Source: Oculina patagonica (lineage: Eukaryota). Taken from it: a stretch of DNA of 64,000 bases. Positions 49,801 to 63,500 of the stretch are shown piece after piece. A program made the position numbers and the translations under genes. The notes under the pieces are model-generated. The model worked only from the letters and a program-made list of their open reading frames with translations. It had not been told where the DNA came from and did not search any database. Position 1 is the first letter of the stretch. Each line of letters opens with the position of its first letter. The stretch is from contig NC_135760.1 of assembly GCF_052425735.1 (NCBI RefSeq), forward strand, positions 8,680,001 to 8,744,000, written 5' to 3'.

Positions 49801-52800
49801 ATTATGAACACAAATCTTGTATGTCTCTCTCATGGGGGTTGGAAATGATAATTCAATGAGTTAATGTCAGAGAAGAAAATTTTCTCAAGTTTGCCCTTGG
49901 CTTCACCAGCAACCTTTAGCTTTGTTATGTGCCCGGGATTCTATGAATTCAAGCTCTTTTAAGTTCTTTCCATGTATAATTTATCATGGCTGACTGTTCA
50001 CATGGTAAGCCAGTTGACACTAAGTTCCTAAAAAATGTGTTGTGTGTTGTATCTGTTGTAGTTTTGTAGGTGCGTTTGGTAATGAGAGTTATCTTGATTG
50101 TCCAGAGGGCATGGCTGTTGGTCCTAACAACACACTTTATGTAGCAAGCTTTCTGAATGATAAAGTTGTAAAATTCTCAATCCCTGATGGAGAGTATCTT
50201 GGAGTGGTGAGTAGTGACTAACAATTGATGTGTGCAGAATGAACGGTCAATTTAAGGGGCTAATCAAGTAAAAAGTTTAGAAAATACAAGTAGGTGCAGT
50301 AGGCATGTACTAAAACTAGAAATAACAAAATGAAACAACCGAAACAACTGAAACATAGTGTACCTTTCACTCCCGTTAGCCTGAGTAGCACTCCGGTTAG
50401 CCTATTTACGTTTAGCCCTCAAAAATTGAAATATGTTTTGCTTGTTTCAGTGATTTTGTTTCGTTTCGGCGGTTTCGTTTCCGTCGTTTCGGTGGTTTCG
50501 TTTCGTTCACTCATGTTTCGGGTTTTAGTACATGGCGGTGCAGTATCCCATTTGTGTGAAAGGGCCACCATTTTCTGTTGAAGGTATATGAAAGGATTAC
50601 CTTTCTGTCAAAATTGGTTCACCAAAAAAAAAAATAAAGAAAAGAATAGAAAGAAAAAAAGAAAAAAAGGTTAGGACCTTGAGACAGAGCTTCCCCATAA
50701 AATGTATTTAAGTAGACCCCTCCCCCCGCGACCTTTAATAATTAAGATTACTTTGGTATACAATTATATTTCTTCCTCTTGTGATTAATTCTTGATATTT
50801 TGCAGGTTGCTGATAAAAGCCATGGCCTAAAGGGGTATGGATATTTTTCTGTATTAATTCATTTTATCAAACAGTGTTTACCTGTACTACAGTTTAGACT
50901 AAACACTGACAAGAGAGTTGAAAATAATTTGGTGCACAGAGGCCAGAGTATTTTTGACGAAATTGAAAACTCGGTTTTCTCAATTGAAACTTACATTATG
51001 GAGCGAACGCCAACGGTAGCGTTTGGGTAACGCTAGGTACATTGTAAGTTAATTTTAGCATTGTCAGTAGTTTAAGTAGTGTAAGCAGTAAAATAGTGAT
51101 TGTATAGTGATTGTAAAAATATATGCAGTGATTGTAAGAACGAATAAAAAGTTGATTAAGACGGAATCCACTAGGAAGTCGAGTAATATTTATAAAAGTT
51201 GGACAAAAATCAAGTACCAGAATAATTTAAATCCTATTGCGTTATTTCCTACCCTTAATAAAAGGTAAAGATGTAAGTAATTATTCGTGATAACACCAAC
51301 AACAATTTCTTATCAGAGTCTGAGAAAATGAATTTCAAAGTTCACAAGGTATAGGCAAAATCTCACGTGTAGCCATTTTGTAAATTCGTCTTAAGGGATT
51401 CAGTAGAATTCAGCGGAACTTCGAAGTTTGTTTTCGATGTTTGGTGTTGTTAGAAAAGATTTCTTTTAGTAAGATATTTGAAGCAGTAACACAAACGTTT
51501 GCAATAAGGTGTAAATGATTCTGGTACAACAATTTCTTATCAGAGTCTGAGAAAATGATATTCAAAGTTCACAAGCTATGGGCAAAAGCTCACATCTTTT
51601 AAGCGATTCATGGGAATTCAGTGGAACTTCGAAGTTTGTTTTCGATGTTTGGTGTTGTTAGAAAAGATTTCTTTCCATAAGATATTTTAAGCAGTAACAC
51701 AAACGCTTGCAATAAGGTGTAAATAGTTTTGGTACATAATTTTGTCCAATAACTACTCGAAGTCCTGGCGGATTTCCTCTTAAAAAAAAAAGGTAGCGTT
51801 TGTGTATGGCTTTGACCAACTGGTACTGTTTGATTTTCAGGCCTGAAGACGTTGCCTTTCTAGAAGATGGTACCCTCCTTATCTGCAGCCATTACACAGA
51901 TGTCGTGTTGAAATTTAACTCTTCTTCTGGTCAGTAAGAAAACGTTATCTACAGCACCTGTTACATTAAGGTTTTTTGTTCCATTATAGAGAAACAGTGA
52001 TAGGTTTTACCAAGAGGATGTACTGGTCTATAACCCCAGGGGCCACTCCGGCTTGTAAATGACGGGGATGATCGAATGGAGGCAAAATTCAGGACCCAAA
52101 AAAATCCCTAAGTCTTCCGACATTACCCAAAAAAATCCCTGAATCAAAAATAACCCCTAAAAAAATCCCTTGTCAAATTACCCCTAAATTGCCAGGAGGT
52201 GCAATAAAATAACACAAAGAACGCTCGTTTTGTTTATTCATCATACCATAAATACGCCAAGGCTGCGCCAAGGCACATTAGTTCGTTTATAATAACCCAA
52301 AAAAATCCCCTATCTGAATCAAGATACCCAAAAAAATACTAGCCAAATTTTCCAACCCAAAAAAATCCTTTGATCATCCCCGTCATTAACAAGCCGGAGT
52401 ACCCCCCCCCCCCCCCCTTGGGTCTATAACATGTGGTTAGGTTGGCAAAAACGTCTAACGCCCGTGCGCGAAAATAGCGAGGAAAGTGCGCTCGCCGCTC
52501 GTTTCTCGCACTGTCCTCGCTATTTTCGCGTTTGTTCCCACAGATTTTAAAGCAAAAGACAGACTGCTCGCAGTCTAGCATTGCAAAGCAATAGGCAGCT
52601 TTAACTAGTGGGTGGGGAGGGAGAGACAGGGGAGTCTGTACTTTCTGCTTCCCAACCCCTCCATATTGGTTCCAACCTCTCTGTGCTATTTGTATTGCAA
52701 AGTATTACAAAAATAATGTTGCAAAATTTTTCCCAATTTCTCCAGTTCCCGCCACTTAGGGCATCCCGCTTCTCGCCCTCTCTTATTCCACCCCCCTCCC

Positions 52801-55800
52801 GTATCCCTTTACCCCTTCTGCCCCGTGTTTCCTAGCTAGCCCCCCCCCTCCCCCCTGTACAATTCTTATTCATCCTCTGCAAAACATCAATAGTCCATTT
52901 TACAGTTGCCTGCCAAGTGACATGGGCTTTGAATGGTAGTGAGGCTGGAGGTGACCTTGCATTGATACAAACCTTTCTGCTTTATTATGTAAATGCAAAC
53001 TAGTTAACATCAGAACAACATGATTAACACAACAAAAGCAGTGAGGTCTGTATCAAAACAAGGTCACCTTCAGCCTCACTTCCATTCAAAGGCCAGGTCA
53101 CTGAGCAGACAACTGTAAAATGGCCAATTGAAAGAGAACTGCCCAGTGTTTATCTTCATCTACATCTGCATTTAAAATGTCGGTAAAAAGTCCATACGGA
53201 TATCACACCAACGTCTAAAAAGTAAAAATACAATATGTACATATATAATAACTGAAAAATTCTAAATTAATTCTAAAAATCTAAAAATTCTAAAATTATA
53301 TGGGTAAACCACTAAATTAATGAAAATGCTTGCGCAGTCCAGACTGGAAAGACGGAAGAGAGTCGGACTCAACAATCGCCGCAGGGAGTGCATTCCACTC
53401 TCTTATGGTCCTCGGAAAATACGAGTGAAAATACGCGTTTTTCGTCGCTCTATATTGCGTATATTTGAAATTATGGCTGCCGCAAGTTCTGTATTCATTA
53501 TGTCTACTAAAAACGATATGTTTATGGATTCAGAGCAAAGGTTATTATACGTATTTTAGAGAACGTGAACATGAATACAAATGTTAAGTTCCAATGGCGA
53601 CTTAAAGCTTATATATTTTTTAAATGCCTAGCTAGGATATTGATTATAAACAGGTCAGGTTTTGTGGGTTACTAAATTAGTCACGTTATACATTTCACTG
53701 TAGGTGAACAGCTTGGCGTCTTTGCTAGAGTGGAAAAACCAGTTGGTTTGACTGTTGGTTCAGATGGGTGAGTGTTGCACTGAGTTTCTACTCACCTCTC
53801 CTCTCGTCGATCGCCTCGCCTCGCCTCGCCTCTCCTTGCTAACACTCCCTTCACTTTTCCTTCCCTGCTTTGCTCTGTCCCACCTGGAGAGGTTTGACCA
53901 GTCGGTCCTATTTTTTAACTTATTTTTATTTTCTCATTTACAGAAACGTTTATGTCACAAGCTACGTCTCAAATAGCATTCTTCGATTTGATGGACGAAC
54001 AGGTACAACCATGTAACAAAATGTAAACTACAAGAAATCTCTGTAGGTCTTACGGTAAAACCGCGTTAGTGACGCGTCACCGTGAAAGCGTCGCAGAAAT
54101 ACGCTTATTGTAGTAGGTACTGTACTAACAATGGCGGGGCGCTCTTGGACTGCTCTTTTTAGGTATATCGTTATTACGTGACTTACAAACGAGCTCTGTA
54201 GTTCTGCCCACTATTAAAGGAAGACCAAAATACGCTAAGCTGTGCAGTCTTAGCTTATATTTAGTATGATTTATTCATCTTTTAACATATTTATTCTGCA
54301 TACGTTAGTTATTCATATTCTATTATTTCTAGTAATTTATGTGTCTTGTCTGTTTTTTTGAACGTGTCAGTGACCAACACGATAGCATATGCTTCTTTGG
54401 TCACTGAGCACATTTTATTTTGGTTTTGTATGTACTGTATATTTTCCTTATTTTAATTATTGCATTTTCTGTTAATAGTGTTAATATTGTTAAATTTTTG
54501 TAAATAGTGTGAAATAATAAAAATCTAAAAATCTGAAATCCATGTAGTTCTGAGGAGTTATCACGGCGTAATTGTTTCGCATAGTGTTAAGACGCTCAAC
54601 AAGTTTCAGAACAAAGAAAAATCTTTGATATTACCGTGACTTTTTTTATTTATTCACATATCTATTAATGCTCACAACAATTCAATACAAACAAAGGACA
54701 GAAATGTTTTTAAGGGTAAATAAATAAATAAAATAAAAAGAAACGATGCGTTACAAAACTCTACACTGCTTAGCAATAAAAAATAAGTGAACCATTTCGC
54801 GGCGGAAACCTCTCTAAGGCCCCGTCCACACTGACCCGGGAAAATTTGAAAACGCCGCGTAAAATGTTTTCCGTCCACATTAACCCGGGTAAATTTGAAA
54901 ACGATACGCTTCATTAGTAAGTAAAAGTAAAAGTAAAGTCTTTATTTAACGAGGGTAGCACTAAAATAACATAAAAATACTAACAAACCAGTGGCCCTCT
55001 AAAATTATTTACAATAAAATATAAAAAATACACTATTTCACGCTCCAAGTCCAAACGCTCATTGGTGAGCGTTTTTGAAAAGCTCCGTTTTCGGTGACCG
55101 AAAACGCCGTTTCAGTGTGGATGGTTGGCCTAACCGGAGAAAAAAAGATGCGTTTTCAAATTTACCCGGGTCAGTGTGGACGGGGGACTAAGAGGGACAT
55201 ACGGCGCTGGTTCCAGCGTCACACAAACGTAACATTCTGTGAATACGTCTTTTTACTGTGAATGTGTTCGTGCTTTTTTCAGGTAATTTCATCGACGTTT
55301 ATGCAGCGGGTGGTGGCCTTGAAGGACCTTCTAGCGTGAGGTAAGTTAAAATGACCACGCTATGATTTTATAGACAAATTTGATCAACAGCGTTCTCTGT
55401 TTGGCAGATTTTAATTATTAAAATCGACGATTTTAAGTTCCTTCTTGCTCTGAGAAGTTAGTCCTTTGTCGATACGAGCGGTGGGACTCTGTTTAAACGC
55501 AGCTTTAGATTCAGGAACGGACAGCTCATTCGGTCTTATATTTCGACACCTTCTTTGAAGTAAGACAGTTTCCTCTGCTTTGTATACAGCTATTTCGAGA
55601 AACGTTGTCGGAAAAAAGCACAAAACTGCACAAGCCAATCCCTAAAGGTAGTATGGGTAGACGTATTGAGCTACTGCACGTGTTGAATACTAATGAGATA
55701 TAACAACAAAATAAGCGCATTTAGAAACAAGGTACGTTTAGACCCTCTGAAGTTCAGAAGAATTTATTCTCACTCAAAGACATGCCACAGTAAATGTAAA

Positions 55801-57531
55801 GCTACAGATATAGGCCTGCTGAGAAGAAAAACAAATTCTCCACGTGCAAAAATACAAACTTGTAAATTTCCTCTAGGCCAATATGCAAAACTCCAGTGAA
55901 TACCCAGACCACATTTCGGTCTTGTCTCGTGCACTTTGAAGTTTTTTTTCCGACAACGTTTCTCGAAATAGCTGTAGAGCCAGACAGTGGTGTCAACTAA
56001 CAAACAGTTATGCTGCAGAAGTAGCTAGAAGGTTAACCCTCACCTTTATCAACCATTGTTTTTGTTTTGCACAGTTTTGCTGATCTTCGAACACTGTACG
56101 CAGCCAGTTACGATAGTGACCGAGTTGTGTTGTACAACAGTACGTCAGGGCTCACCTACACTCTCCCAGGAAAACGAAACGAACATCCTGGGGATGGTAT
56201 GTATAGAGACCACTGATAGTCCATCTCGCTCGTTTGCTCACGCACTAGAATAACACTGGGTGAAATGCGAACTACTCATAGTCTGTGTAACTAAGGCATC
56301 ATGTGCGCTTTGTTCACTTTTGTAGGAAAAGCGAGGCTGTTGTGCAGCCCAAGAGGGGAGGGGGGGGGGGAGGGAATTGGTACTCGGAATTTCAAGTGAC
56401 GGGGATGATCGAAGAATTGTTTGGGCTTGAAATTTTCGATTCGGGGATTTTTGGGGTAGGAAAATTTGGCAAGTATTTTTTTTTTTCATTTAGGCAGGGA
56501 TGTTTTTGGGTGTTATAAACAATCTGAAGATTCGTGTTAGTGCCTTGGCTGCGTAGTTTTGCAAATAAAGCACCAACTAAAGTGTTTTGTTGTTGATTTT
56601 TGAAGAGTCAATTTTTGATCTAGTAGGGATTTTTTGGGGTTATGTTGGAAGCCCTGAGGATTTTTTCGGGTCTTGAGTTTTGCGCCCATTCGATCATCCC
56701 CGTCACTTGAAATTCCAAGTACCCTCAACCCCCCCCCCCCCCCCCTTGCAGTATGGCCTAGATGTAACGGTTCGCAACCAAGAGTTGTGTATAAAGGGAT
56801 GGATCGACAGAAATATTTCGAGTGTGAGAGATTTTTTTCTGTGTTGGGCTTTTTCTATCCCATAAACAGTGGGGTACAAAGTGCTTGAAGGCATTTAAGC
56901 CTGGTTTTCACTAGCGACGCAAGAACAAGCGTAAGAACAAGCGCGATCACGCAAAAAGGACAAATTTTGACCCTTGTGCTTGTGCTTGCCGCAAGCACAA
57001 ATGCAATGCGCTTGTGCTTTTGCTTGAGTCGAAGCCTTTTTCACGGGGAAATAAGAGCCGTTATCCTTGCGCTTGTGCTTGCGTTTGTGCTTGCGTCGCT
57101 AGTGAAAACCAGGCTTTAAGGATTTTTTGGGCGTATGAAGTTTCAGAGGGATGGTATTTCATTGGTCTGGTGCATCGATATTTACAGTTTTCGGTTATAA
57201 TCCCTGTAACTGTATTTGTGACTTTTGTGACTGGAAGTTTATAGATTTTTTTTAACAATAATTATGGAGTATTTACAGCAAGGCGCCCAAAAGTGTGACC
57301 ACTTTTACTTTATTCACATTCTTTTCGTGCAGATTTATTCCAATCAGAAGTCAACTGCAAGCTATCCACGGCTTTTGATTGGATTAAATCTGCACGAAAG
57401 AATGTGAATAAATTAAAAGTGGTCACACTTTTGGGCGCCTTGCTGTAACTCTAAATTCCTACTTTTAGTTTCTTTTTTTTTTTTTTTTTTGCGTTTCAGG
57501 TTCTTTCAGGAATTTAACACTAGATAGATAA
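45900..57531 (+). CDS. Probably secreted six-bladed beta-propeller (NHL-repeat / Vgb-lyase-like) protein, 14 exons, ~342 aa
   Basis: Exons 45900-45976, 47168-47245, 47601-47696, 48363-48378, 48857-48950, 49499-49568, 50062-50206, 50806-50834, 51841-51929, 53704-53767, 53944-54002, 55283-55340, 56075-56196, 57500-57531. All GT-AG and phase-compatible, 1029 nt. Six repeats of P-x-G-hydrophobic-x(4-5)-LYVAS (KPSYILATPQHTLYISS, GPWGMVADDKYLYVAS, CPEGMAVGPNNTLYVAS, GPEDVAFLEDGTLLICS, KPVGLTVGSDGNVYVTS, GPSSVSFADLRTLYAAS). Hydrophobic N-terminus. The last exon is least certain; exon 13 could instead read through to a TGA at ~56214. Confidence 0.8.
47313..47426. repeat. Hairpin MITE
   Basis: catcctcggagacccagg .. 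cctgggtctctgaggatg inverted arms. Confidence 0.6.
51301..51736. repeat. Imperfect tandem duplication, ~227-bp period
   Basis: aacaatttcttatcagagtctgagaaaatga recurs at 51301 and 51528 with colinear downstream sequence. Confidence 0.75.
52035..52422. mobile_element. Poly-G/poly-C MITE
   Basis: 8-bp TSD TCTATAAC (52027-52034, 52423-52430); actccggcttg / caagccggagt inverted ends; internal cccaaaaaaatccc repeats. Confidence 0.8.
52888..53130. mobile_element. Palindromic MITE
   Basis: ~90-bp arms ccattttacagttg..ggtgaccttg / caaggtcacc..caactgtaaaatgg. Confidence 0.7.
54818..55188. mobile_element. PIF/Harbinger-type MITE with a nested probable LINE/SINE 3' tail
   Basis: TAA+GGCCCCGTCCACACTGACCCGGG .. 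CCCGGGTCAGTGTGGACGGGGGAC+TAA. Interrupted at ~54918-55030 by an (AAGTAA)n-tailed segment. Confidence 0.7.
55587..55974. mobile_element. TA-flanked MITE
   Basis: TA+CAGCTATTTCGAGAAACGTTGTCGGAAAAAA .. TTTTTTCCGACAACGTTTCTCGAAATAGCTG+TA. Confidence 0.8.
56348..56750. mobile_element. Poly-G/poly-C MITE related to 52035-52422
   Basis: gaatttcaagtgacggggatgatcgaa / ttcgatcatccccgtcacttgaaattc inverted pair bounded by G and C runs. Confidence 0.7.
56897..57116. mobile_element. Harbinger-type MITE
   Basis: aagcctggttttcactagcgacgcaag .. cttgcgtcgctagtgaaaaccaggctt; internal (GCTTGT)n. Confidence 0.75.
57276..57445. mobile_element. TA-flanked hairpin MITE
   Basis: ~75-bp near-perfect arms cagcaaggcgcccaaaagtgtgaccacttt.. 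around a short loop. Confidence 0.8.
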
Positions 57532-58005
57532 CAATGGAATAACAGACAACCATATCAATTTTCTGAGATGTCAGATAATTTTTAGTATGGGAACATTTTT
57601 AAAATGCACATTTGCGAGGGATGCACATATTTTTGAAACATACATCAACTTAGTGGATTGGGAAATGTTGTAGAGAATACGATGTAAATACAAAATAAAG
57701 GCAAATCTTTATGCAAGTTGTCGTTTTATTAGGTCATTGCTTTGTCTCTGCTGAAATTTCAGACTAGCGTCCAGAACATTTTCCACTGTTTAACAGGCAG
57801 CGGCCAGAATTTGATATACAGTCGAACCTCGTATTACGACAGCCGCCTTTAAAAAAAATTTGGTCGTATTCACAGGTTAGGCATCAAATAATAACACTAG
57901 CACCAACCACATTTACCTGATGTCATGTCTTGTATGATTTAAATCTGACTTCCAATTCTTTTTTTTTTCTTTCTTTTTTTACGAAGAACTATGTCCACGT
58001 ATTGC

Positions 58006-58249
58006 GGGGACGCGGTGGCCTAATGGCCCCATGTGTTCTTGGGCAAACCACAAGTTTTTATCTCACAATTCCCCCCGCCACCCAGGTGTATAGATGGATT
58101 TACTGCTGGCAGTTAACCCTGTGATGGACTAGCATCCCATCCAGAGCGGGGGGGGGGGGGGGGGGAGAGTAGAAATACTCCTAGTCGATTCATGCTACAG
58201 AAACCGGGATAAGCTCCGGTCTGATGAGCCATTTGGCTCGAACACAGAC
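58006..58249 (+). mobile_element. tRNA-derived SINE (internally deleted head)
   Basis: gggacgcggtggcctaatgg A-box-like start; tgtgttcttgggcaa..cacccaggtgtata core shared with 63849-64000. Confidence 0.7.
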
Positions 58250-60147
58250 GTGGCTGTTCCTGTTACCGAATCTTCCGATTAGGTCGCGCATTCGAGAGCA
58301 CCTATCATAACTTTTGGTCCCGCCAATACATGTAGCACAAAACATTACACTAACAATTGATGTGAAATAATTTATTTTTTATTCATTCCACTCATTTGAA
58401 AATAACTATTAAATAAATATTCCATCATGACGTATTGAGGTGCTTTATATTATTTATTGCAGTTTTACAACTGCTCCATGGTACCACGTGTACTTCAATG
58501 AATTTTGCTTTTCTTTACTGGCAACCGATTTGCTTACACGAGCTGGGTCATCAGTCATAAACTGTAATACGATTCAAAGGGCTTTTGGGTAGCATGCCGG
58601 AAAAAAATGCATAGCTTTGGTTCTCGTTTCTAATTGGTTTAGAAAGTGCATCGCGTTCAAACAATCGAAAAACACGGTTTCTTTTAACCAGTCAGGAGTA
58701 AAATCAAAAGCAAGATGCTTGTTTTCCCGCTCTTTTTACCAGTGATATTTCCCGCGCTTATTAAACGATGGTTGCATGCATGTTTTCCCGCTCTTTTCAC
58801 CGGTTACACTGATATTTCCCGCGCTTGACGCTGGTTGCATGCTTTTGCTTCGAGTTTTGATTGGTCCATTGTATATTTGCTTTTGATGTGATTGGCCAAA
58901 TGAGATTACTTTGATTAGTTTTGGTTTTATATGGCCTTGGTAAACCGAGCTGCAAGTAGTCGCAAGTTGAACTTGCATACAGAATTGTGCTGGGTGGCTA
59001 AACGGCCTCGCAAGTTTACTCGCAAGTTGAAAAAAAAAAACATTTCAAGGATGTCACTATGTAGCCAAAATGCGACCGAACTTGTGCTATCAGTTTTGTG
59101 TATGTGTTGCAATAAAAATTGAAAAAAATATCTTGCGTTGATTTGCGTTGGGTGGCCAAACGGTGAACAACTTCTGTCGACTTCTGTCGACTGAAAATTT
59201 GATCACGGCCAAGCCCCCTCCTATCATACGCTTACGGTTTGGAGGATGTTTCAAAGTTTTTGTGTGAAATTTTAGGACGTTAATGAATGACTCAGCCTAT
59301 TGTAAACTGATTGGTGAAGCCTTCCTCGATGTTTTTAAGAATATTAGCTCCTTCAGTTTTAACTTGACCATATCTTAGACGTATTATTTAACTTAAATCT
59401 CGCATGTTACCGGGGCGTTACATATCGATGGTTTTTGACAAAAAAGTTTCGGTTTTGATTTCGATTGACAATATACTCGAAAAATGTTAATATTTCGTAC
59501 TGATATAATGTAAACAATAACTGTAGGTTTTTTCCCATCTTTTTTGATGGTTTGTGCTTGCTTCTCCAGGCAGAGTTCTCGCATCACATTGATGCAAAAT
59601 TAAACTCGGCAGTTAAACATTCTGTGATTATCGACTTTTATCGACAGATAATATACTTGTCGCGATCGATTGCCAACAATCTACAAATATTGAGTACTGT
59701 CGACTTCTAGACTAGCTTTTATCGATTTCGATCGATATGTAACGCCCCGGTATTACACTTGCTGAATCATAGAGGTGAGGATACACCAGTTAATTTGTCC
59801 AAGCGTGTTCAACAAGTAATCTCTCCGTACAATTTCAATAGATTGCCAAGGAGGCAGGTGGGGAGAAAAAATAAATCAAGTGTACTATGTATTAAGTATA
59901 ACACGACTTTGGCGTGTTTCGGTACTGGTTTGGTTCTTAGTCGATGATCATCAGAGCAGTTGATAAATGGGTAACTACATCAGTTGGTGAAACTAGAACG
60001 GAGCTTGGTTATCTAGGCCTTCTTCACTCTGATTCCTGGCGCCTCGGCCTTCGTCTCATATGACGGTACCTTTTTCGAAGAAATCCTCGTGGTCCTCAGA
60101 AGGGTCATTATCTATTTCGCACCTCTAGCATGATGGACCAGCCGTCG

Positions 60148-60281
60148 TTAAGGATCGTCTGAGTGGCCCTGTTCTACAAGATCTTTAGGATCGGACTGGA
60201 TCTCCGCACAAACTGGCGCCTCAATGGGTCCCGGTAGATCTGGGTTATTCTGAGCCACTTGTTTGTACGTATGGGCGGCGG
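60148..60281 (-). other. Possible terminal or decayed exon of an unidentified gene
   Basis: GC-richer island after the acceptor ttttttgtcttag. Phase-1 reading AAHTYKQVAQNNPDLPGPIEAPVCAEIQSDPKDLVEQGHSDDP*. No partner exons found. Confidence 0.25.
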
Positions 60282-60351
60282 CTAAGACAAAAAATATAAA
60301 AACTTCCCTTAATGAGATATACACCTTTAAACGCTATGTTTTTTCATATGT

Positions 60352-60570
60352 TTCATAAATAAAAATAAATAAAATAACTTTATTTAAGTGTCAATGTATT
60401 TAGCACTGTTGTGCTAACTGTGGACATTGTAAATAAATAAAAAAATATTGCAAATCGAACATAAACTTGTTAAAAACCCCAACTGGAAGAGGCTAACCAG
60501 TTGGCTATTTACAAAGCATGGAGGAGTCCATCTACTGGCAGGGAGGTGGATTTGAACCCTGGGCCTCCGC
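60352..60570 (-). mobile_element. Probable SINE on the minus strand
   Basis: Minus-strand B box GGTTCAAATCC at the 5' end and a (TATT)n-type tail. Confidence 0.5.
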
Positions 60571-63500
60571 AATCCCGATCGAAAAGGATCGCCTCCTTTT
60601 GTTTCGTTTTGTATCTAGGTCACTCGTATCCCGCGCAGGGTGAGACTTGGGTACGAAATTAAGCAGAGTCTCCCACTAACCTCAAATCTAAAAATGCCGT
60701 TATTGGTGGGAAGTGGAAGGTTCCAGAAACTTTTAAAAACTTTGGTTGTTTTAAACGATGTTAATAGAAGAGGAGAAAGAGATGAGGGATTATAACATTG
60801 AAATCAACTAGGGAAGATGGAGATTTGAAATTTGATTTTTAAATTAATAATTCAAAAGACGTCGAGAATTATATTTTTTATAACATTTTATCAGTTTCCA
60901 CCGAGTTCTTGATTCAGGCGAGTACGTTTCCCGAAAATACGTTTAACGAAGCATTAAGTTCCAATGTGACTCGACGAATAATTTCGCAGGTTATTAAAGG
61001 TTATAACTAAGAAAAAAACGGTCTGCGCGCCAAATTGCTTAGTGCTGACGTTTGTTTCGCGTGATACCACTATGGTGGTTAAATATTTATAATAATCATG
61101 AAACTATCGTAAACAAAAATCACGAAAGCTCAATGTAGTGTGCTTATAGCTATATCCCACGATATTTGTACAATAAAAAACCTTTTTTAACATGTTTAAT
61201 TTTCTGCAGAGTCTTATTCGTTTAAATGGCACGAAAGTGTAAGACATAGTTTTTAGTCTTGATTTCGGGAAAGAGAAACATTGAATGATGAATATGTTAT
61301 TAGAATTTTTTAGTGTGAAGTATCGCTCTATGTTTTGTTTGTCATTTGCACTTTGACTCGCTTGTATTTTGGCTCATAAACACGACACTGTAAAACCCGT
61401 TATAAATACAGCGACTGCACACTAAAATGCCTAATAACTAAGATGTAAAACTGATCAACATGGAAAACTCTCCCAACTACAAAGATACGAAATGCGCGTA
61501 AACCTATAAAGAGAATCTGTTTGTGAATCAGTATCAGGTCTTGCTAAGGCTACAAAACAACCAAAAATTAATGAGTCTTGTGAATAGTTTTGATGGCACA
61601 ATCTATGATATGAAACCGCGATAATAAAAAGACGCGAGTAAAAATGCTCAAGGAAGGAAGTTGTCTTTACGTATACTGAAAAAAAAACTGCTATCTATAA
61701 AATCTTTTGGAAGATAATGTCAACATTTGATTAAAGAAGAAAAATTGATCAAACTCACGAAGAGATTAAACTCGCACGAGAAATATTAAACAAGCTTAGC
61801 GTTTTTAATAAACGTTAAGTAATCTAAGGCGGCCTTATAATCGAGTGGTAACCTACTCTTTAACGCTAGCATGTTGCAATGTAAACAAAGTGTTCCATTT
61901 TAAAATTTCAAAATCAATTATACACTTTGCCTAGAAAATCTATCGATGCTAAATGGATTGTAAAAAAAGAGAAATGCCGGAATTCAATGCGAGCTCAGAT
62001 ATAGCATTGGATGTTTGAACGTTTTGCATCTATGTTTGGCGCCGTGGTGATAAATCACTCGACGGTCTGACACAAGATTTATTGACTTCGAAGTCGAGGG
62101 GAGGTAAACAGGTGAAATACTGCAATTATCAATACTAACTAAAACCGCACACAAGGAGATAATTAACGAGTCAGGTCAGTGGGGAGGTAAATTTTAATTT
62201 CGATGATGCACACAGCGGCGAGCCGACGTTATGTCGCCAGTTTGGCGCGAAATATCTTTCCAGGCAATTTTCGTGCTAGTGATCTTCAATTTTCACATAG
62301 TTAGTCTGCGTTAATTTTCGTGAAAACTGAAAAAAAAAGTCGACGGTATTCAGTCGAAAACGTCAATAAGAGGCCTTGAAAGTACTCAAGCATCACTCAC
62401 TTTATCTTGAATAAACTGTGTACAAAACATTATACAGATAGCTTATTCCAGGTGTTCTGCAGTAAGTTGGAAAGCAGTGGATTGCGAATGAGTCATCTTT
62501 TTTCTACTCGCCGTTCTTTATGAATCCCGTTTTTGCGCTGTTCCACAACAAACCGAACGCTTGGAACAGGCTAAAAAAGACGTCAATGGCAGATTAAGGA
62601 GAAAAAATAAGACTAAAACTTTTCGTGTTGAACCACTCACCACGCGTCTCACGGATAAGGTCTATAATGTTTATTAATCGATAATTTTTCTCTTTCTTTT
62701 TCCAACTCATCACGCAATCCGATCTTTCTAAAATGTTTTCCACATCACAAAGCACAAAGGTTTGAAACATTAAGATGCCGGCGTTTATTACATCCTTTAG
62801 CTTACGAATTTTCTTTGATGACAACATTCTAGTTATATCGGTGGTCGGAAAACGCCGAATGGGCTAGAAATAAAACCATATGTAAAAAAGGCCATTAAGG
62901 TTTATATTAAACGGTTAATGGTCGGTCAAAAAACGGTTTTTTTCGTGGCTATTATAAAAAATAAAATAAAATAAAATAAAATAACAAAAAACAGAGCTAA
63001 AAACGATTCAATTCATGAACCTTCTTGAAAGAATAAAAAACAGACTGGATTTTAGATCAGAATTTAACTTTTTATTTTATGAAAATAGCAGAGCTTTTAT
63101 AGGAAAACGGAACCGGTTTGCTAATAAAAATAGACTGATTAATAAATGGCACATTTGCGGGTTCGACAGTGGATCTGTAAAAAAAGGTAATTCTTAAAAT
63201 AGCAAACTGCTTATTATCCGAGAAAATTCACCGCCCAGAGAACAATATCCTACCAAATTTGAATTTAAAATTGCAGCTGTAAAGTCGTTCCGTAAAAGCG
63301 TCGTAAAGACGATCCTCGCAAATTTTATTTTTTCACACCAATAAAAGAAAGATTTTTTTACTTTTCAGAAACTTGCTAAGTCATTCATCAGCTAATAGAA
63401 CTTACGCATTTTTCAAGCCATGAATTCTTTTTAAATAGTTAAATTATTTCAGTAGTTTTCGACCATGTTACTGCCATAGGTCGGCAAGGTATGATCGATA

